In this document: positions 11,640 to 22,344 of the stretch, piece by piece
Numbering within the stretch: position 1 is the first letter of the stretch
Layout of the letters: each line of letters begins with the position of its first letter
Source: Macrostomum lignano
Taxonomy: Eukaryota
Reading direction: 5' to 3'
DNA: 64,000 nt
NCBI GenBank assembly: GCA_002269645.1
Contig: NIVC01000094.1
Location: forward strand, 1,116,001-1,180,000
Translations under genes and position numbers: made by a program
The notes under the pieces: model-generated
What the model was told of the DNA's origin: nothing
Databases searched by the model: none
Seen by the model: only the letters and a program-made list of their open reading frames with translations

Positions 11640-12110
11640 TCACCAACAGTGCAGAACCCCCACCCCCACCCCAGCAGTTTCGCCACCAACAATGCAGAAC
11701 CCCCACCCCCACCCCAGCAGTTTCGCCACCAACAGTGCAGAACCCCCACCCCCACCCCAGCAGTTTCGCCACCAACAGTGCAGAACCCCCACCCCCACCC
11801 CAGCAGTTTCGCCACCAACAGTGCAGAACCCCCACCCCCACCCCAGCAGTTTCGCCACCAACAGTGCAGAACCCCCACCCCCACCCCAGCAGTTTCGCCA
11901 CCAACAGTGCAGAACCCCCACCCCCACCCCAGCAGTTTCGCCACCAACAATGCAGAACCCCCACCCCCACCCCAGCAGTTTCGCCACCAACAGTGCAGAA
12001 CCGCCACCCCAGCAGTTTCGCCACCAACAGTGCAGAACCCCCACCCCCACCCCAGCAGTTTCGCCACCAACAGTGCAGAACCCCCACCCCTCCCCCCCGC
12101 AGTTTCGTGC
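11640..12110. repeat. 43-bp minisatellite filling FAM193 intron 4
   Basis: About 11 copies of gcagtttcgccaccaacagtgcagaacccccacccccacccca. Confidence 0.95.
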
Positions 12111-12187
12111 TGAACACGGAAGCGCCCAAGGAGCGGCAGAAGGTCCGGCTCGATCTGCACTCGCTATCGTTCAGCAAGCGAAAATAG
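12103..12187 (+). CDS. FAM193A: FAM193-family protein, last exon
   Basis: cccgcag| acceptor, phase-compatible. SFVLNTEAPKERQKVRLDLHSLSFSKRK* parallels the FAM193 terminal motif. Total spliced CDS without the LINE is 3558 nt = 1185 aa + stop. Confidence 0.8.
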
Positions 12188-13449
12188 CCAAACCGGCTGT
12201 TTCAGGCTCCACCAGTGTCTCAGCATAATTTTGAGCTAATTGATTGCGAATAAAATAATAGTTGCAGAGATCTCTGCCAGAAATATGATTATTACTCGTA
12301 TAATACGCTCGTAAGTGTAATTGCAGGGCATCCATGTTGGCAGAGCGCGCTTACCCAAATTTTTCAATGCCTTATTTCTATGAATTTTATTCTCAATCAA
12401 TCTTCCCCGTCGCCAGGTGTCATTCAAAATATTGAGCACTATTTACTATATTTATATATTGTTGCTTAAAATGCGTGTGTCCCAACTGTTATTTTTTACA
12501 TGTACCACATTAGTAATGATCAATTATGTGATGAAGAGCAGATTTCAGTTTTTGATTTTTTCCGCTCTATTTTAATTGGGCGATCCAATACACACACGCG
12601 CATATGCATATGAATGTCCTTGTAGCTATCGTTGGCTAGGCCAGTCTATTTATATTAGAATAAATATATTTATATTATGTAATCTTTATTCCTTCTGTTG
12701 CCTTACAGACTTGCGATATATATTATCTAATATTATTTATTATTTTATTCAATCGATAAAATCGGTCGCGCTTCTTCCCTCATCACGTTAGGCTTTCCCA
12801 GCTGCTAATTTGTGATCACGTGATCTATGTTACTCATTAATGTTGCTGTCTCTGTTTTTTTTGTTTGTTTTTTCCCCGGCTACACAGATCGGTTCTTTCT
12901 GTCAGTTCCTGCACTTCTCACGCCTCACTAGCTCCCCGTGATCTGCACTGAGCATTACTGAGCTGAAGCTTCAGTTCAATTTCATTTTTACCAATAAATT
13001 TGCCTCAATTTTGTCTTCTATTTTTTGCTCGAGTCAAGCGCCACTCGAAATAGCTGCCCCCGCCCCGCCACCAACCCCACCGATGAGCACCCTCTGAGTT
13101 GCGGTTCGAGGCGCGCGCTTTGAAATCTTTCTGCCTATTTGCTTTCTGCTCACTCATCACACTGAAAAGCCTGTAAATTGTTGTGAATTTGAGACAGAGA
13201 AATAAGAGAATGCAGAGTGATTTGATGTCGGTTTCTGTCAGACTTTAGTCTTGTATTATAAAATATAAATTATTCAATCCAGCCGAAAATAAACTCGATT
13301 TATGCGCGAAAATGGAAGTTGTACGTATCCGCCGCCGAATACTGGGCGTTTTAAATTTGTACTTTTGTATTATATTATATTATTGTGCGAACTAGGGCAA
13401 CCTTGGAAATCCTGGTCAATACAGTGCACCTATATATGCTATAGGCTTA

Positions 13450-13695
13450 GAGCAGTCACGTGACAATGTTCGCGACCTTTAGAAATATCTCAATCCCAGA
13501 GCCCTCTTGCTATTGGTTCACAGTAGTCACGTGACAATCATTTCGTCCAATAGCAAGTCTCAAACGCGGCTCTCTTGCTATTGGTTTACAATATTCACGT
13601 GACAATCATTTCATTCAATAAAAATATCTCGAACCCGGAGCCCTCTTGCTATTGGTTCAAAATAGTCACGTGATAATTTTCTCGTCCAATAGCAG
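13450..13695. promoter_or_regulatory. Four ~70-bp palindromic cassettes with CACGTG E-box and CCAAT boxes
   Basis: CACGTG at 13457, 13528, 13596 and 13667. The best copy has an 11-bp inverted repeat cttgctattgg/ccaatagcaag (13506-13557) around GTCACGTGAC. Lies ~240 bp upstream of ATG 13931. Regulatory role is inferred. Confidence 0.5.
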
Positions 13696-13930
13696 TACGC
13701 GCTGGCATGTTAATTTTTATTGGCTCAAAATAGTTACGGTACACGTTTCATTCAGACAAGATTTAATTAGTGCATGCTTTTACGAGCGTACAGTAAAAGC
13801 GGCCAATCGATTTTTAAAACACGATAATGTCTTCCTTACTCTACTATTGTCTAGTTTTAAGTAGTAGTGTACGCCAACATTGTATTTATAATAATCGGAT
13901 TTTCCTCCATACGATTGCATTGCAGCGGCC

Positions 13931-14281
13931 ATGTCCGCCCGCCCGTTCGGTGCCATTGTCAGCGCTGTATCCAGCGGACTGCTGAGCACAGCGCTCCGTC
14001 ATCCCAGTCAATTCGTCCAGCTTCCCTCTCGCCTCATCGCCGCTGCTCCAGCCCGTCAATTACAGACGTCGCAGTCGTACTCTTCTAAGCTGTCGAGCAT
14101 CGCAGTGTCCAAGAAGAATTCGCGCAAGGAGATCCAGAAGGTGCTGACCAGAATTCGCAAACGGGAACGCGAGGAGGCCCAGCAGCGACGCGAGTGGCAG
14201 CGCATGGAGGAGCAGCTGCGACAGGCTGAGCAGGCCGCGAACAAATATGATGTCGTGGAATCTGTGGATGAGAAAAAGTGA
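13931..14281 (+). CDS. Hypothetical 116-aa protein, possible mitochondrial presequence plus coiled coil
   Basis: ATG in gccATGt context; GC-rich island between AT-rich flanks. The first ~65 aa have no acidic residues and are rich in R/S/A/L; the C-terminus is charged and helical. No family recognised. Confidence 0.6.
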   Translation: MSARPFGAIVSAVSSGLLSTALRHPSQFVQLPSRLIAAAPARQLQTSQSYSSKLSSIAVSKKNSRKEIQKVLTRIRKREREEAQQRREWQRMEEQLRQAEQAANKYDVVESVDEKK

Positions 14282-14574
14282 CTTTTTAGCTGTTAGACAC
14301 AATAAGCAGATAAATTTGGTAACGTCAAAGTTTGTAAATTCTAGTGCCTACTGGCACTGTAGACCTTAGTAGTATAGTCGCATTTCTTGCTTTCTTTAGG
14401 CTGAGTTGATTATTCGCTGTACTTTGAATACTGTTTCATGTTAGATTTTCAGTATAATGCCTTCTGTAACATGGTATGAAATATATGAACTATCCTTTTC
14501 TAGGCTTTTCTGAGCCTGGTATGATGTCTTCGTGCAATTATTATTTTTTACTATTCAATCATAGACTCATTGGC

Positions 14575-14865
14575 CCGCTGCGCAGACCCACCCCACTCCA
14601 TCTGGCCTGCTGCGCACACCCACCCCACTCCATCTGGCCCGCTGCGCACACCCACCCCACTCCATCTGGCCCGCTGCGCACACCCACCCCACTCCATCTG
14701 GCCCGCTGCGCACACCCACCCCACTCCATCTGGCCCGCTGCGCACACCCACCCCACTCCATCTGGCCCGCTGCGCACACCCACCCCACTCCATCTGGCCC
14801 ACTTCGCACACCCACCCCACTCCATCTGGCCTGCTGCGCACACCCACCTCACTCCGTCTGGGCCG
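14575..14865. repeat. 32-bp minisatellite
   Basis: About 9 copies of catctggcccgctgcgcacacccaccccactc between the small ORF and HPDL. Confidence 0.95.
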
Positions 14866-14927
14866 CTGAACAAAAAACAGTTAGCGGTGCCTCGCTAAAG
14901 AAATTGCTACCAAAAGTCACTCCTCCA

Positions 14928-15385
14928 ATGTTTCCGCCGCTGGCGACTGGGGCGCCGGCCGCCTTATCGCAGCTGTCGCTGCGCGTCCACCACGTGGAGA
15001 TTCACACCAAGCGACTGGGTCGTCTGCTTGATCGCCTGTGCGCCGGCCTGAACTTCCGGCCGACCCTGGTGCACCCAGGCGGAGCGGGACACGGCGCCCT
15101 GGTCACCAAGGGCCGGGCCAGGTTCCTTCTGCGGCCTCTGCTGGGCCCCCAGACCGACAGCGTTGTTGACGTTGCTTTTGAGACGCCGCGCCTCGATCAG
15201 TTCGTTGCCGATCGGCGTCGCGCCGAAGTTGCCGTTGAGGCCGCCTGCGGCGCCGTGCCTGCGTTGCGATTTCAGTCGCCGGCTAGCGGCGGCCTGTGGC
15301 ACACCGTGCTGCAGCAGCGGCACCAGCGGCACCAGATGTCCAGGAGACAGTTTCTGGCGGCCTGCTTTCCCGACTTGGTGCCTGC
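14928..15385 (+). CDS. HPDL: HPDL-like dioxygenase, exon 1
   Basis: ATG 14928; VOC-fold N-terminal motifs HHVEIH...FLL...SVVDVAFE; donor GC|GTGAGT (phase 2). Start codon is tentative. Confidence 0.75.
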
Positions 15386-15517
15386 GTGAGTGATCGGCCT
15401 TGCTGGGGACTTTAAAAAGCTATTAAAAGAGTATAGAAGAAGGCGGGGCCGATTCTGAGGGAATGGCTGACATTGGACTGAAATTCAGCTCAGCGCATTG
15501 AATTTGCCTTACTGCAG

Positions 15518-15676
15518 GCAGCGCACGGAATCAGCTGATGCGGACCAGGAGGGGGAAGATGACGGTGGCGGTGCCTTCATCGATCACGTGGCCCTAGCCT
15601 GCCATGCCAGCGAGTCGGCCCGCATTCTAGCCTGGTATGAGAGCATCTTCCAGCTGCCCCGCTACAGGGTTAACAG
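15518..15676 (+). CDS. HPDL: HPDL-like, exon 2
   Basis: tactgcag| acceptor; IDHVALAC (first metal His) and ILAWYESIF; donor AG|GTATGC. Confidence 0.85.
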
Positions 15677-15684
15677 GTATGCGC

Positions 15685-15725
15685 CTGTCTGTCTGCCTGT
15701 CTGTCTGTCTCTGTCTGTCTGTCTG

Positions 15726-15776
<51 letters not shown>

Positions 15777-15898
15777 GTCTGTCTGTGTCTGTCTGTCTAT
15801 CTGTCTATCCGTCTTTCTGTCTGTCTGTCTGTCGGTCTGTCTGTCTGTCTGTCTGTCTATCCGTCTGTTTGTCTTTCGTCTGTCTGTCTGTCTGTCTA
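15685..15898. repeat. (TCTG)n microsatellite in HPDL intron 2
   Basis: Direct reading of the sequence. Confidence 0.95.
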
Positions 15899-15931
15899 CC
15901 CATGCACATCCGCATTACTCTGCTACTCCAG

Positions 15932-16071
15932 CACAGAAACGGAGGGTGGCTTCACCGTTCGCTACAAGGACTCCGGCATGAACTTGAAAGCCATTGCATC
16001 GAACGAGCCGCCGGACGCCAGGGACCACTACACCGGACTGAAGTTCGTGTTCGCCGAATCGCTGAACTCTG
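15932..16071 (+). CDS. HPDL: HPDL-like, exon 3
   Basis: ctccag| acceptor; G(M)NLKA...LKFVFAESL; donor G|GTCAGT (phase 1). Confidence 0.85.
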
Positions 16072-16192
16072 GTCAGTTTTTGTCGAGAATAATTTTTCCA
16101 CTTTTACATACTGGATATTTATCTAGTAAGTTCCCGATGGAATAAGTTTGAACAAGTTTGCTGGCGTGCATAATATCTATAAATGAGATTTT

Positions 16193-16312
16193 AAGGGTCA
16201 AAATGGCACAACACAGAGTCAAAATGGCACAACACAGAGTCAAAATGGCACAACTCAGAGTCAAAATGGCACAGCTCAGAATCAAAGTGACACAGATCAG
16301 GGTCAAAATGGC

Positions 16313-16345
<33 letters not shown>

Positions 16346-16820
16346 TAAACAGACAGACAAAATGGCACATCTGAGTCAAAATGGCACAGCTCAGAGTCAA
16401 AATGGCACAGCTCAGAGTCAAAATGGCATAACTCAGAGTCAAAATGGCACATCTCAGAGGCAAAATGGCACACCTCATAGTCAAAGTGACACAGATCAGG
16501 GTCAAAATGGCACAGCTCAAAGTCAAAATGGCACACCAGTGTCAAAGTGCCACAGATCAGGGTCAAAATGGCACACCAGAGTCAAAGTGACACAGATCAG
16601 GGTCAAAATGGCACACCAGAGTCAAAGTGCCACAGATCAGGGTCAAAATGGCACAACTCAGAGTCAAAATGGCACATCTCAGAGGCAAAATGGCACACCT
16701 CATAGTCAAAGTGACACAGATCAGGGTCAAAATGGCACAGCTCAAAGTCAAAATGGCACACCAGAGTCAAAGTGACACAGATCAGGGTCAAAATGGCACA
16801 GCTCAAAGTCAAAATGGCAC
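16193..16820. repeat. 21-bp minisatellite with embedded (ACAG)n in HPDL intron 3
   Basis: Unit gtcaaaatggcacagctcaga with gtcaaagtgacacagatcagg variants; (ACAG)n at 16313-16359. Confidence 0.9.
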
Positions 16821-16853
16821 CGCTTAGAATGAAAATGACACTGTCCCTCACAG

Positions 16854-17007
16854 GCCCCAACCAGATCAACACATTCCTGCGCGAGCACGGAGGCTCGGGT
16901 GTGCAGCACGTGGCCATTCATTTGGACAATTTTGTGCAGCAGGTGGCGGCCTACAGGCAACGCGGCGTGGAGTTCATGGACCCCCGGCTGCCTACTACAG
17001 CAAAGAG
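16854..17007 (+). CDS. HPDL: HPDL-like, exon 4 (1 nt short in C-run 16981-16985)
   Basis: NQINTFLREHGGSGVQHVAI (second metal His). One extra C is needed to read DPPAAYYSKE and reach the phase-0 donor GAG|GTATGC. Confidence 0.85.
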
Positions 17008-17192
17008 GTATGCTGGGTAGAAGACCATGCAGAAAAAATCGATAAATTAAAATTAAAATTGATAATTTATTAACTCGACTACTCTACTCGTAGTAGAAAA
17101 ATATGGAAAATACCTTTAATTTTCGCTTTGCTAACGATAGCGATATCAGTAAAAATTGAATACGAGCGTGCTGGATGTTCCCAACACTGCAG

Positions 17193-17320
17193 ATCGGCAA
17201 GGTGCAGCAGATTGCCGAATCCGGGCTCGATCTGCAGTCGGTGCGAGATAATCAAATTCTGGTGGACTGCGAGGCCGACGGAGGTGGCGGCGACGACTGC
17301 CCTGCTGACAGCAGAGACAG
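17193..17320 (+). CDS. HPDL: HPDL-like, exon 5
   Basis: cactgcag| acceptor; IGKVQQIAESGLDLQSVRDNQILVD; donor AG|GTGAGG (phase 2). Confidence 0.85.
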
Positions 17321-17387
17321 GTGAGGTGCACCTTATAGCCGGTGAGATACTACTAGGAGAGGTATTTGTTGTAGAATAGGGATTATC

Positions 17388-17790
17388 TTCTGTAGGGTAG
17401 GGAGGGATTATCTGCTGTAGGGTAGGGAGGGATTATCTGCTGTAGGGTAGGGAGGGATTATCTGCTGTAGGGTAGGGAGGGATTATCTGCTGTAGGGTAG
17501 GGAGGGATTAACTGCTGTAGGATAGGGAGGGATTAACTGCTGTAGAGTAGGGAGGGATTATCTGCTGTAGGGTAGGGAGGGATTATCTGCTGTAGGGTAG
17601 GGAGGGATTATCTGCTGTAGGGTAGGGAGGGATTATCTGCTGTAGGGTAGGGAGGGATTATCTGCTGTAGGGTAGGGAGGGATTATCTGCTGTAGGGTAG
17701 GGAGGGATTATCTGCTGTAGAGTAGGGATTATCTGCTGTAGAGTAGGGATTATCTGCTGTAGAGTAGGGATTATCTGCTGTAGAGCAGGG
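17388..17790. repeat. 25-bp minisatellite in HPDL intron 5
   Basis: Unit gggattatctgctgtagggtaggga, period confirmed at 17404/17429/17454. Confidence 0.95.
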
Positions 17791-17839
17791 ATGTGTTACC
17801 ATAGCAAAGGTAACTCCGCTAATTCCACTGCGGCCGTAG

Positions 17840-17996
17840 GTACCTGATGCAGGTGTTCACGAAGCCGCTGCTCAGCGAGGACACTTTCTTCCTGGAGCTC
17901 ATCAGCCGAGTTGGCGCTCGCGGTTTCGGCGCTGGCAACATATCGGCGCTGTGGCGCGCGGTGGAAGCCCACATGCTCAGCAGGGGGCAGCTGTGA
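17840..17996 (+). CDS. HPDL: HPDL-like, last exon
   Basis: [42 protein letters not shown] is the HPDL-type C-terminal motif with the metal Glu; TGA at 17994-17996. Corrected protein is 398 aa. Confidence 0.92.
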
Positions 17997-18554
17997 TTGC
18001 TGGAACTTGTGGGAGGAGAAGGGAACGGAGGAAGAACTCTGCTTCTAGGAGAAGATTTAATTGAATATTCTTTTGTGCTTCAGTTAATCTGACACTGTTC
18101 GCGCACAGGCTGATCCGCAGGGCATTTCCTAGCATGTTTTGCAACTAGCTGAATTTTTATTTTTCTTTGCCATAATTAACATTTTTAACAACCAAAAAGT
18201 GCTACTGATTCACTGGCTTTGTTTTTTCTCAAGTAGTATGTACCGCGTGCTCGCAAGCTGGTACAATCTCAGCGCATACACACACGGCTAGCCTTTACCT
18301 GATTATTCAGAGTTTCTGCCTTCTCTGTCCCCGCGTGTCTGCCTATGTTTAACCCATGTTTAAGCTTAATAATCAGCGGCTGCATCTCCGGTCTCGGGCG
18401 CCCGTCTGGCCCGCTGCATTCAGAATGGAATTCGAGCCTTCTGCTTTTGATACGAAACTCTGCATTCTGCTTTGGGACTGACGCGCTTTGTGCTTCTTTT
18501 GGGGGGGCTTCAAGATTCAACACACGTTATTATCGATATTTGTAGTCGGTTAAG

Positions 18555-20320
18555 ATCCTCAGTTGCTGGGCCAGCCTCCCAGATCCTCAGTGTCTGAGCC
18601 AGCCTCCCAGATCCTCAGTTGCTGGGCCAGCCTTCCAGATCCTCAGTGTCTGGGCCAGCCTCCCAGATCCTCAGTTGCTGGGCCAGCCTCCCAGATCCTC
18701 AGTGTCTGAGCCAGCCTCCCAGATCCTCAGTTACTGGGCCAGCCTCCCAGATCCTCAGTTGCTGGCCAGCCTCCCAGATCCTCAGTGTCTGGCCAGCCTC
18801 CCAGATCCTCAGTTGCTGGGCCAGCCTCCCAGATCCTCAGTGTCTGAGCCAGCCTCCCAGATCCTCAGTTACTGGGCCAGCCTCCCAGATCCTCAGTTGC
18901 TGGCCAGCCTCCCAGATCCTCAGTTGCTGTGCCGCCCTTTTAGATCCTCAGTTGCTGGGCCAGCCTCCCAGATCCTCAGTCGCTGGGCCAGCCTCCCAGA
19001 TCCTCAGTTGCTGTGCCGCCCTTTCAGATCCTCAGTTGCTGGGCCAGCCTCCCAGATCCTCAGTTGCTGGGCCAGCCTCCCAGATCCTCAGTCGCTGGGC
19101 CAGCCTCCCAGATCCTCAGTTGCTGGCCGCCTTTCAGATCCTCAGTTGCTGGCCAGCCTCAGATCCTCAGTTGCTGGGCCAGCCTCCCAGATCCTCAGTG
19201 CTGGGCCAGCCTCCCAGATCCTCAGTTGCTGGCCGCCCTTTCAGATCCTCAGTTGCTGGGCCAGCCTCCCAGATCCTCAGTGTCTGGGCCAGCCTCCCAG
19301 ATCCTCAGTTGCTGAGCCAGCCTCCCAGATCCTCAGTGTCTGGCCGCCTCCCAGATCCTCAGTGTCTGGCCAGCCTCCCAGATCCTCAGTGTCTGGGCCA
19401 GCCTCCCAGATCCTCAGTGTCTGAGCCAGCCTCCCAGATCCTCAGTGTCTGGGCCAGCGGCCTCCCAGATCCTCAGTGTCTGGGCCAGCGGCCTCCCAGA
19501 TCCTCAGTGTCTGGGCCAGCGGCCTCCCAGATCCTCAGTGTCTGAGCCAGCCTCCCAGATCCTCAGTGTCTGGGCCAGCCTCCCAGATCCTCAGTGTCTA
19601 GGCCAGCGGCCTCCCAGATCCTCAGTGTCTGAGTGCCGCCCAGATCCTCAGTGTCTGGGTCAGCCTCAGCCTCCCAGATCCTCAGTGTCTGGGCCAGCCT
19701 CCCAGATCCTCAGTGTCTGGGCCAGCCTCCCAGATCCTCAGTGTCTGAGTCAGCCTCCCAGATCCTCAGTGTCTGGGTCAGCCTCAGCCTCCCAGATCCT
19801 CAGTGTCTGAGCCAGCCTCCCAGATCCTCAGTGTCTGAGCCAGCCTCCCAGATCCTCAGTGTCTGGGCCGGCCTCCCAGATCCTCATGTGCTGTGCCGCC
19901 CTTTCAGATGCTCAGTTGCTGGGCCAGCCTCCCAGATCCTCAGTGTCTGGGCCAGCCTCCCAGATCCTCAGTTGCTGGGCCAGCCTCCCAGATCCTCAGT
20001 GTCTGGGCCAGCCTCCCAGATCCTCAGTGTCTGAGCCAGCCTCCCAGATCCTCAGTGTCTGGGCCAGCCTCCCAGATCCTCAGTGTCTGGGCCAGCGGCC
20101 TCCCAGATCCTCAGTGTCTGAGCCAGCCTCCCAGATCCTCAGTGTCTGGCCGCCTCCCAGATCCTCAGTGTCTGAGCCAGCCTCCCAGATCCTCAGTGTC
20201 TGGGCCGGCCTCCCAGATCCTCAGTGTCTGAGCCAGCCTCCCAGATCCTCAGTGTCTGGGCCGGCCTCCCAGATCCTCAGTGTCTGGGCCAGCGGCCTCC
20301 CAGATCCTCAGTTGCTGGCC
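18555..20320. repeat. ~28-bp minisatellite between the convergent HPDL and GPCR genes
   Basis: Core agatcctcagtgtctgggccagcctccc, ~60 variant copies. Confidence 0.95.
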
Positions 20321-20493
20321 CCCCAATTCCCTTGTGTACAGTTTTCTGTCATTAAAACTCCTGTAGATTTAAATATCCATAATTTGTATATTTTATAGTA
20401 ACAGTAGGCATAAAAAAAGTCAGACTCAAGCAGTCAAAACTGTACATGTCAGACTGGTGGGAATCGGACCCACTGGCCATTAGGCTTTGAATT

Positions 20494-20883
20494 TCACTTG
20501 GACGCTGCGGCGCCGGCGCTTGCCGCAGGAGCGGCCGCGCTGCGGGCCAGCCGGCTGGCCACCGTGCAGGCTGAGGCCCTCGCACTGGCCACCATCTGGC
20601 GCAGGTGCCTCCTGAAGGCGGCCACGTAGCGGAACACGATGAGCGCGTTGAGTGCGCCGGTCCACTGCAGCAGCAGCTCGCCGATGTCGCCAATGTTGAG
20701 CATGAGTCTGGTGGGCACCTGCTCGGATCCGGCCATCTCGATGGCGCCGTACATGCCGCGCACGCCGATCACCTTCGGCACGGTGGCCAGGAGGTAGACG
20801 GCGGACATCAGGATGACCGACACTGTCGGGCCGAGGTCCTCGCGCCGCTCCGATGACCGCTGGCCGACGATGTCGCCGGTCAC
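20494..20883 (-). CDS. Orphan rhodopsin-class GPCR, exon 2 (TM6-TM7, tail)
   Basis: cccgcccag| acceptor in phase 0; hydrophobic VSVILMSAVYLLATVP and GALNALIVFRYVAAFR (TM7/helix 8). Total ~401 aa. Confidence 0.82.
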   Translation of the reverse strand: MTGDIVGQRSSERREDLGPTVSVILMSAVYLLATVPKVIGVRGMYGAIEMAGSEQVPTRLMLNIGDIGELLLQWTGALNALIVFRYVAAFRRHLRQMVASARASACTVASRLARSAAAPAASAGAAASK

Positions 20884-21496
20884 CTGGGCGGGGATGGTTG
20901 AATCAATTAAATGAGTTGACAATAGGATTTTGCAATTGAAAATAATCAGATATTCTCAGAAGGGCTGTGGGGCACCATGGCGTACTCGTACTTTCTAATC
21001 ATAGTATTAATTATTATTTATTTATATTTAGATACTGAAAAAAAGAGCGGCACACACTGCCAATGGAGCTTGTAGTCTGGCGGCCGTAGACAGCAGAGGG
21101 GGGCGCGTTGACGCTCTCTCCACTATTCAGTAGTTAGGACAGTAGCATAATTTGCATGTGCAAAGATAAATTCTCACCAGAGCGAAAATCCCAAGTAGAG
21201 GAAAAGAAATTAATGCGAATACGCGAGTTTGTACTGTAAATGCCTGTTGGTAAAGCTGGACTTTCGTAAGACTAAACTCTATAATTATTACTATCATATT
21301 AAGGATCCGGACTCATTAAAAAAACGATTCAATAAATTGTAAAATTTAATCAATTATTTCGTCAATTGTGTACTACTTACACATCTGGTCCTAACAGTAG
21401 CGCACAAGTAAATTTGGGAAGTGACCAATCTAGCTATTGCCTGTGGTCTATGCGGTAGTTTAAAGCACACTTAAGTAGTCCGTGTATCCGACTCAC

Positions 21497-22312
21497 CCGA
21501 CATTTACGCCGCCGCAGTACCAGCGCCACTTTGACCGACATGACCAGATTAACAATCAGCGTTGCTATGGCGACTAGCAAAGACGCGTCGCCGATCAGCA
21601 GCAGGCGGAACAGCATGCTGACGTAGTAGGAGGCGCTGGGCGGCTCGAACAGCACGCCGCAAAGAATCCGGGTGGCGTTGCGTGGCCCGCCAGCCGGCCA
21701 GAACGTCACCTGTGTCCGGCCGAACATGGCCAGGCTGCTTAGCGACAGCACCATGGACACGCCGGTAGCGGCGGACACCGCGGCCACCGCCCGGTTGCGA
21801 CCGACGCCGCGCATCCGCAGCGGCGCCAGCACCGACAGGCAGCGGTCCAGCGCGTAGGCCAACAGCACCAGCGCCGTCGAGCCCGACAGGAATGACTGGG
21901 CGAACCGGGTGGCCCGGCAGCCGACGTCGCCGCCAGCGTTCAGCAGAAGGAATCCGTGCCGGCCGCCGGTGGCCCAGGGGAGGCCCTTGGCCAGGTGGAA
22001 CCAGCCGAGGCCCCACACCAGCGAGTGCAGCGAGTCCCAGACGCACAGGGTAGCCAGGTAGACTGAGAATCGCGTGGACAGGCGCATCCGGGCGGCGAAC
22101 ACGTGGAGCAGCAGGCCGTTGTTGACCAGGGTGAGGGTCAGCATCACCGGTAGCGCGTAGGCGGACATCACGCCCAGGATTGTGGCCGCGGTGCACCTGG
22201 CGGCGCCGGCCTCCGGTCGGCACTCGTCCAGTAGGTCGTGCAAGGAGTCCACGTAGTCGTAGTCGTCCGGCAAGCTGTTTGCTACTGCTGAGGGTGCTCC
22301 CGCGTTTTGCAT
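21497..22312 (-). CDS. Orphan rhodopsin-class GPCR, exon 1 (TM1-TM5)
   Basis: ATG 22312; TM1 LVNNGLLL, TM2 YLATLCVWD, TM3 C...ALDRCLSV (DRY-like). The KGLPWATGG loop resembles flatworm orphan Rho-L/PROF-type receptors (from recall). Donor CGG|GTGAGT (phase 0). Confidence 0.88.
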
Positions 22313-22344
22313 GCCGAGGTATCCAACACAATGATGCGGCGCAG

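Noticed and set aside
12520-12990. TGATGA...CTGA words suggesting a C/D snoRNA
   Set aside because: Boxes are too far apart or non-canonical, with no terminal stem.
18619-20398. Overlapping Pro/Ser-rich ORFs
   Set aside because: Products of the 28-bp array in several frames.
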